58,038 nt of DNA from an uncultured archaeon. GTDB lineage: Archaea > Aenigmatarchaeota > Aenigmatarchaeia > CG10238-14 > SCSR01. Positions 53,209 to 58,038 of this stretch are shown piece by piece; within the stretch, counting starts at the first letter, position 1; each line of letters starts with the position of its first letter. Below the pieces are notes generated by a model, which saw only the letters and a program-made list of their open reading frames with translations, was not told the DNA's origin and did no database searches. The stretch covers positions 24,080 through 82,117 of the forward strand of contig CAZPID010000001.1 of the NCBI GenBank assembly GCA_964586885.1, written 5' to 3'. The position numbers and the translations under genes are program-made.

Positions 53209-54166
53209 TAAGTTTCCAATTTGGATAAAAACATGTAGAATTCATACAGCAGCATTGACAATGCCGATTCTGGTTATCGGTTATTTGATGGCAGGTGGAG
53301 AGATATGGAGTCTGGAGACCTTGTGGTGGGCCATGTTTGGTCTACTCTGGCATGCGATCGGCTTCCTTCAAAACAACATTTTTGACCTAAATGCAGACAA
53401 AAATGATCCTAACAAGCAGCATTTTCCATTAGTACGAGGAGACATAAATGTTTATCATGCTAACCTAGTTCAGCAGATAGGATTGGTAGTTATTGCATTA
53501 TTAGGTATAGCGTTGATGAACGGAAATATTGTCGCTTGGATAATTATGTTAGCAGCTATGGGAGCTGGTACCCTTTACAATAAAGTCTCTAAGACTTCTC
53601 TGACTTCTACTTTTTGGATTTGTCTTACTTTTAGTCCATTATTCCTGTTTAGTTATTTATCAACTGGAGGAGAAATGGATCAAATAGCATGGCTAATATT
53701 TTTCTTTATCAATCTACAAATAGCATTTCAAATTGGATATAGTGGATATCTTAAAGAGATTGGCTCTCTAGAACAAATAAATCTTCTGAGAAAAATGGGA
53801 GCCCGTGTTAAGGATGGAATTTTTGAACCTAAATATGCTCTTATCTTTGGCAGTTTACTAAGAGGGGCAACAATAATCCTACTGGTATTAATTGCTAGTG
53901 AATTAATTGAATGGATTCTGGTCCTGAGTTTCTTTGCAGTTTCTCAAGTATTTGTTTTCATGATTATGAAAAGAAGAAAATGGGAAAGAGATAAAGATTT
54001 GAAAAGAATGTCATTAGTGGAAGCTTTGACATATTTTACTTTACCTGTAGCAATTGGTTCTATAATTGGTTGGGATGCTGTTGCTTTCTTAATCATTTTT
54101 CCGTTGATATGGTTCGTTATGTGGAATCGTCTGATCTGGGGTACCAAGTTCACTCCGAAAGTTTAG
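53165..54166 (+). CDS. UbiA-family prenyltransferase, paralogue 2 (TTG start)
   Basis: 333 aa, multi-TM; first Asp-rich motif LQNNIFDLNADKNDPNK..FPLVRG; no clear second Asp-rich motif seen. Confidence 0.6.
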   Translation: MKRLEKNGVWFTSLNKFPIWIKTCRIHTAALTMPILVIGYLMAGGEIWSLETLWWAMFGLLWHAIGFLQNNIFDLNADKNDPNKQHFPLVRGDINVYHANLVQQIGLVVIALLGIALMNGNIVAWIIMLAAMGAGTLYNKVSKTSLTSTFWICLTFSPLFLFSYLSTGGEMDQIAWLIFFFINLQIAFQIGYSGYLKEIGSLEQINLLRKMGARVKDGIFEPKYALIFGSLLRGATIILLVLIASELIEWILVLSFFAVSQVFVFMIMKRRKWERDKDLKRMSLVEALTYFTLPVAIGSIIGWDAVAFLIIFPLIWFVMWNRLIWGTKFTPKV

Positions 54167-54215
54167 GTATTACCGTAGACAATAAATTTTAGAACTCGAC
54201 AAAAAAAACTATACT

Positions 54216-55148
54216 ATGGAACTTCTTAGTCTGATTGGTACTGCCGGTATCTTACAGAGGATCGGAATCAATACTGAAATTGTAAAGAGAAGGGCAGGAT
54301 TAGATAAAGCTGAAGTAGATATAGAAATCAAGGTTTTTGATCGTGCAACTAATGAAGGAATTAAATTTGCTCCCGTTTCTGTTTTCTTAAATGGATTTTT
54401 TATTCTGAGAGGTCTCACAGGAGAGAATGGTATAATTAGAAATTCAATAAATTTATTTGAAGTTGGCAACAATCGTATTACTGGAGTTTTTACAAGAGAA
54501 ATTGATTTTGAAAAATTAGGTATTAGAACCCCACAAAGTTCTGATGATATCGAAGTTAGAACATTAGAAGTTAAAACTACAAATGAAGATAAACAAGAAC
54601 TTTTAGATATTCCAGTGAGAGTTTCTCCTCTAGATACAGATGTATTGAAAGAACCAATCTCAATAAGAAACCGACAGAAATTATTTGTTCCCCTTATCCA
54701 AAGTGAAAGATTCCGCATAGACTTTCCGATAGAGTCCGCAGATGGAGAATTTGGCCTTTTTCAACTAGAAGATAGGATTGAAGTTGATCTGACCGACAAT
54801 CTTCAAATTTTAGGAAAGTACATGCCTTTTAAACGGTTAGTTTTCCTAAGTGAATTATGTCCTACAGAAATTAGAGGACCAGTTATGTCTAGATTGAGAA
54901 GGGAAACTGAAATAAAGTTAAAGGCCTTGAAGACTAGCGTTTTGGAATTGGATGCTTTAGGTCCTCCTGTAATTTTTAGTCCTGATCAGACTTTTGGAGA
55001 TGGCTGGAAAATTGACGGAAAGGAAATATTAGAAAAATTGATAACGTTAGAGTTATTTGATGATACTAATCTAGAGCCAGTCTGTTTTGAATGGGTAAGT
55101 AAATTTCAACGGTTGGCTGGTATTAGTTCCTGGGCAGTCAAGAATTAG
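54216..55148 (+). CDS. hypothetical protein
   Basis: 310-aa track ORF; its 169-aa antisense ORF is judged a shadow. Confidence 0.5.
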   Translation: MELLSLIGTAGILQRIGINTEIVKRRAGLDKAEVDIEIKVFDRATNEGIKFAPVSVFLNGFFILRGLTGENGIIRNSINLFEVGNNRITGVFTREIDFEKLGIRTPQSSDDIEVRTLEVKTTNEDKQELLDIPVRVSPLDTDVLKEPISIRNRQKLFVPLIQSERFRIDFPIESADGEFGLFQLEDRIEVDLTDNLQILGKYMPFKRLVFLSELCPTEIRGPVMSRLRRETEIKLKALKTSVLELDALGPPVIFSPDQTFGDGWKIDGKEILEKLITLELFDDTNLEPVCFEWVSKFQRLAGISSWAVKN

Positions 55149-55621
55149 GATTTAATCTTTCCATGTCCAGAGTTTTTCTGGTGTACAGTTAATTCTTCTT
55201 CAGTTTTAAACATTCCTTTACATATTCCACACATTGCAGATACGGTCCGCCAAGATTTGGAATCTCTTTCACTTCTTTTAACGCATTTATTAGGATCACA
55301 ATGACAACAATGATCAGGATCTATTTCATGGGTAATACAAGTACATTCTGACTCACCAGAACAATGTTTTGGTAAAGGAATATTTGCATGTTTATAGGCC
55401 ATTTCTAGCCAATCGTCGCTTTTATCTAAATGTTCCTTTGCAAACATAACTTTTATCATTTCTTTAGCTAAATCATATCTCCTGCCCCTACATTCTTTGC
55501 ATGATTCTACATGTTCCCTGATCTTTGAGTCTAAGGTTAGACTTAATTGTTGTTCTACCAATGTTATCATTTCTATTTTCATCTCTTTAAGATCATCTGG
55601 AGTAAGATCTCGATAAAGCAT
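55145..55621 (-). CDS. Cys/His-rich protein with C2H2-like finger
   Basis: 158 aa; CGICKGMFKTEEELTVHQKNSGH plus CKECRG and CHCDPNKC. Confidence 0.5.
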   Translation of the reverse strand: MLYRDLTPDDLKEMKIEMITLVEQQLSLTLDSKIREHVESCKECRGRRYDLAKEMIKVMFAKEHLDKSDDWLEMAYKHANIPLPKHCSGESECTCITHEIDPDHCCHCDPNKCVKRSERDSKSWRTVSAMCGICKGMFKTEEELTVHQKNSGHGKIKS

Positions 55622-55827
55622 TATACTACCTTAACATCAGATTGTAAGACATGAACTTTTTCTAACATTTCGTTTCTTAATTCTCTGGCAATCCTTCTAA
55701 CGGCTGGACGTGGAATCCCTAGCTCTTCCACTACCTTAGAAAAAATCTCTTGTTTTCTTGTCATTCCTTGATCTAAACAGTTATTTATTTTTTCTTTAAC
55801 AATGGGAGTTAGATTGGTTTTATTCAA
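55621..55827 (-). CDS. small HTH DNA-binding protein
   Basis: 68 aa; MTRKQEIFSKVVEELGIPRPAVRRIARELRNE. Confidence 0.55.
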   Translation of the reverse strand: MNKTNLTPIVKEKINNCLDQGMTRKQEIFSKVVEELGIPRPAVRRIARELRNEMLEKVHVLQSDVKVV

Positions 55828-55864
55828 TGTTCAGTGTAATTAAAAGAAATTTTTAAAGTTATTG

Positions 55865-56179
55865 CTATGGTCTAATAATCAGGACTCTGGTTTCATCAGT
55901 TTGCCGTTCTTCTATTTGCACAGGATTATCAAACTGAATTTCTATGGTATCTGAGTTAATTCCTATTTTATTCAATGTTACTGGAACATCTGGTAGATTT
56001 GAAATATCATCTTCTGCAATAAAGGTTGTAGAACCTTTTATTTGCCAAGCGATCACTTTCATTTTTCCGTCAGATAGAAAGGTAATTTCTAAATCAGTTA
56101 CATCTTTGGTAATTTCTCCTTCTATAGGTTCTTCTCCGTCTTGACTTTTTAATCTGTTCTTTATAAGTTTCCTAAACAT
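55865..56179 (-). CDS. hypothetical protein (MFRKLIKNRL N-terminus)
   Basis: 104-aa track ORF. Confidence 0.5.
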   Translation of the reverse strand: MFRKLIKNRLKSQDGEEPIEGEITKDVTDLEITFLSDGKMKVIAWQIKGSTTFIAEDDISNLPDVPVTLNKIGINSDTIEIQFDNPVQIEERQTDETRVLIIRP

Positions 56180-56181
56180 TC

Positions 56182-56616
56182 TTAAGGTATTTTCGGTATT
56201 TCGAACTCTGGTACTTCAGGTTCTTCTGGCGCTTCTGGTGGTTCTGGTTCTTCTGGTTCTTTTTCTTCTAGATCAAATCTCTTAACAACCAAAGTAATTT
56301 CACCTTCATCACCAGTAATCTCAATATCTACAGGTTCGAAGAAAGTAATAGTTAAATCTTCAAAGGGATGTGGTTTATTCATAGCTGTAAGAAGATCGAC
56401 TTCTAACTGAAAAGTTCTATCTTCATTGTCAATATACTTAACAATTTCCCAAGACCCAACATCCTTACCTTCACTCCAAACGGTCGCTGTTAGTATATTT
56501 TCTACAAGTTCTAATTGAACTTTGTCAATATTTTCAACTTTTTCTGCATCGACTTGAAACCTAGTTTTAATAAATTTCCTAATCATTTTCACTCTCTTCC
56601 CAATTACTTCTATCAC
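56182..56616 (-). CDS. hypothetical protein with PE-rich tail
   Basis: 144-aa track ORF; the likely start is the internal MIRKFIKTRF (ATG at 56586); tail EPEEPEPPEAPEEPEVPE. Confidence 0.5.
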   Translation of the reverse strand: MIEVIGKRVKMIRKFIKTRFQVDAEKVENIDKVQLELVENILTATVWSEGKDVGSWEIVKYIDNEDRTFQLEVDLLTAMNKPHPFEDLTITFFEPVDIEITGDEGEITLVVKRFDLEEKEPEEPEPPEAPEEPEVPEFEIPKIP

Positions 56617-56884
56617 TTAATGCTCGATCTAAAAATTTCTGTGTTTGCACATTGGAGGAAATAGCAATCTGATTCAATTCAATAGCTCCATCTAAAAATC
56701 CTTCTTCGCCTGTTTGTCTCTTTCCTAGTTCAGGGCTACGAAAACTTTCATTTTTTAAATTGCTTATTTGGTTCAGTAGTTTCTTTAAATCTCCATCAAT
56801 TTGTTCAGCCAAACTAATCGCCATCTCGTATGATTCTGCGGTTTTTTCATCGACTTCTCTAGAGAAAAGCTTTCGTCTAAGCAT
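56579..56884 (-). CDS. hypothetical protein with MLRRKLF N-terminal tag
   Basis: 101-aa track ORF. Confidence 0.5.
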   Translation of the reverse strand: MLRRKLFSREVDEKTAESYEMAISLAEQIDGDLKKLLNQISNLKNESFRSPELGKRQTGEEGFLDGAIELNQIAISSNVQTQKFLDRALSDRSNWEESEND

Positions 56885-57146
56885 TATTTTCCTCCTTTTC
56901 CTTTTGGTCCATCCTTACTGCGATAGAAGTTGCATTCTGTATTTCAGTTATGATATTTCGAATAATACCAAATAATCTATCAGTAATACTAGCAACGTCT
57001 ACTGCATTCTGAGAATCTAAACCTTCGAGAAGTTCTCTTAATTCCCTACGAACCTTTTCCGTTTCATTATCATAATCTGCTAAAAGTGGTCCTATCTTTT
57101 GTATGTCTTCATCACTAATTTCTCCTAAAATTCTCCTTCTAAGCAT
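56877..57146 (-). CDS. hypothetical protein with MLRRRIL N-terminal tag
   Basis: 89-aa track ORF; its first 20 nt are identical to 45392..45411. Confidence 0.5.
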   Translation of the reverse strand: MLRRRILGEISDEDIQKIGPLLADYDNETEKVRRELRELLEGLDSQNAVDVASITDRLFGIIRNIITEIQNATSIAVRMDQKEKEENNA

Positions 57147-57239
57147 ATTTATACTAATATTGTTTCAACTCTAAAACTTTTTGTATTTGGTAATATAAGA
57201 AGAATTAAGTTTTTTACCGCCACAATGAACTAAATTTTC

Positions 57240-57617
57240 GTGGGCGCAACTGAAATAATTCCCAAGTTCTTTATAGGAGATATGAACGACGCCCTATCTT
57301 TTGAAGGATTTATTATTTGTGTATTAGAAAGTAAACCTACTAACGAACCATTAAATGCTACTTGGATTCCAATATTAGTCCAAGGTCCAAAAGGCATGCT
57401 TGCAGATCCGAAACAATTAGACGCCGTTACTTTTGCTATTGATCGATGTCTAAAGAGAGGAGAACCATGTCTGATCCACTGTGGCGCAGGTATAGAAAGA
57501 TCTCCTTTGGCGGCAGCAAAATACCTTGAAAAGTATCACAAAATGACCTTAGACAATGCGTATAATTTAATAATCAAGAAAAGACCACAAGTACAGGACA
57601 GGAGATTATGGCTGTAA
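57240..57617 (+). CDS. Cys-based dual-specificity/protein-tyrosine phosphatase (GTG start)
   Basis: Active-site loop LIHCGAGIERSP (HCx5R[ST]). Confidence 0.8.
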   Translation: MGATEIIPKFFIGDMNDALSFEGFIICVLESKPTNEPLNATWIPILVQGPKGMLADPKQLDAVTFAIDRCLKRGEPCLIHCGAGIERSPLAAAKYLEKYHKMTLDNAYNLIIKKRPQVQDRRLWL

Positions 57618-57721
57618 ATATCGTAAAGAAAAAACCGTGTAGACGTTGTGGATCAGAAATAGATCCTGATCAAATTACATGTGCAGAATGCAGAGCAGAC
57701 ATATTGAGTCCTTATGGATAA
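57608..57721 (+). CDS. small zinc-ribbon ORF (37 aa, below the track cutoff)
   Basis: MAVNIVKKKPCRRCGSEIDPDQITCAECRADILSPYG; the ATG overlaps the end of the phosphatase gene. Confidence 0.35.
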   Translation: MAVNIVKKKPCRRCGSEIDPDQITCAECRADILSPYG

Positions 57722-57738
57722 TCTTAATTATTAGAGCA

Positions 57739-58029
57739 TCAAATTCCCTCCTTTGGTTTAGCTGAATCACTTTGAAATAAGACTTCGTTTTTACATATAT
57801 TAAAATGGGTTCCACAATCATGTCTAACGGAGGGAGTTACCGTCACAGTAACATCGTCAATCCAATCTATTACATGATCTATCAATATACACTCTTCTCC
57901 ACAGACTGGACATGCCATAGTTAAAGATTTTTCCTTTCCTGATTTCCACAGATAGCATGCTTGTCCAATAGACAACGATAATGGTTTTCCATTATCATAA
58001 GGCCTTTTCTTTAATATTATAATTCTCAA
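57739..58029 (-). CDS. hypothetical zinc-binding protein
   Basis: 96 aa; CPVCGEEC...H..C. Confidence 0.45.
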   Translation of the reverse strand: MRIIILKKRPYDNGKPLSLSIGQACYLWKSGKEKSLTMACPVCGEECILIDHVIDWIDDVTVTVTPSVRHDCGTHFNICKNEVLFQSDSAKPKEGI

Positions 58030-58038
58030 TTAGATATC

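Overview
Visibly AT-rich, almost gap-free 58-kb coding window that looks like a large archaeal dsDNA virus or provirus. The host guess (an AT-rich archaeon such as a Nitrososphaerota/Thaumarchaeota-type organism) is inference only. No rRNA, tRNA or CRISPR array was recognised. Layout: (i) 1-26.6 kb is one long minus-strand gene train. It holds many small zinc-finger ORFs, XPF nuclease, a DNA methyltransferase, an intein-containing family-B DNA polymerase, a full 7-deazaguanine (preQ0) module (DpdA-like transglycosylase, FolE, QueD, intein-containing QueE, two QueC paralogues) with extra enzymes (SPASM-type radical SAM, SDR), AEP primase, PCNA, a Sak4/RecA-like ATPase, a CobT-like vWA protein and a CobS/MoxR-like AAA+ ATPase, and a helicase-like NTPase. 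(ii) 27.35-28.06 kb is ORF-free and carries a dense CGTAGA iteron array, a candidate origin. (iii) 28-43 kb holds an S8 subtilisin, beta-rich and coiled-coil ORFs of unknown function (putative morphogenesis block), a PKD-domain protein, and proteins with poly-acidic or protamine-like tails. (iv) 43-54 kb holds RFC small and large subunits, a mini-MCM-like AAA+ ATPase, a Cas4-like nuclease, a gpt-like phosphoribosyltransferase and archaeal isoprenoid genes (two UbiA prenyltransferases, a geranylgeranyl reductase). (v) 55-58 kb holds small regulators and a Cys-based phosphatase. Mobile elements are two inteins and three free-standing Vsr/PD-(D/E)XK-type homing-endonuclease genes. Most interesting leads: the expanded deazaguanine DNA-modification operon embedded in the replisome gene train; a shared C-terminal LxxW[IL] (PIP-like) peptide on PolB, the methyltransferase and DpdA; the QueE intein sitting at the radical-SAM cysteine motif; the iteron region; and the virus-encoded lipid genes. 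All functional calls rest on motifs read by eye; no database search was possible.
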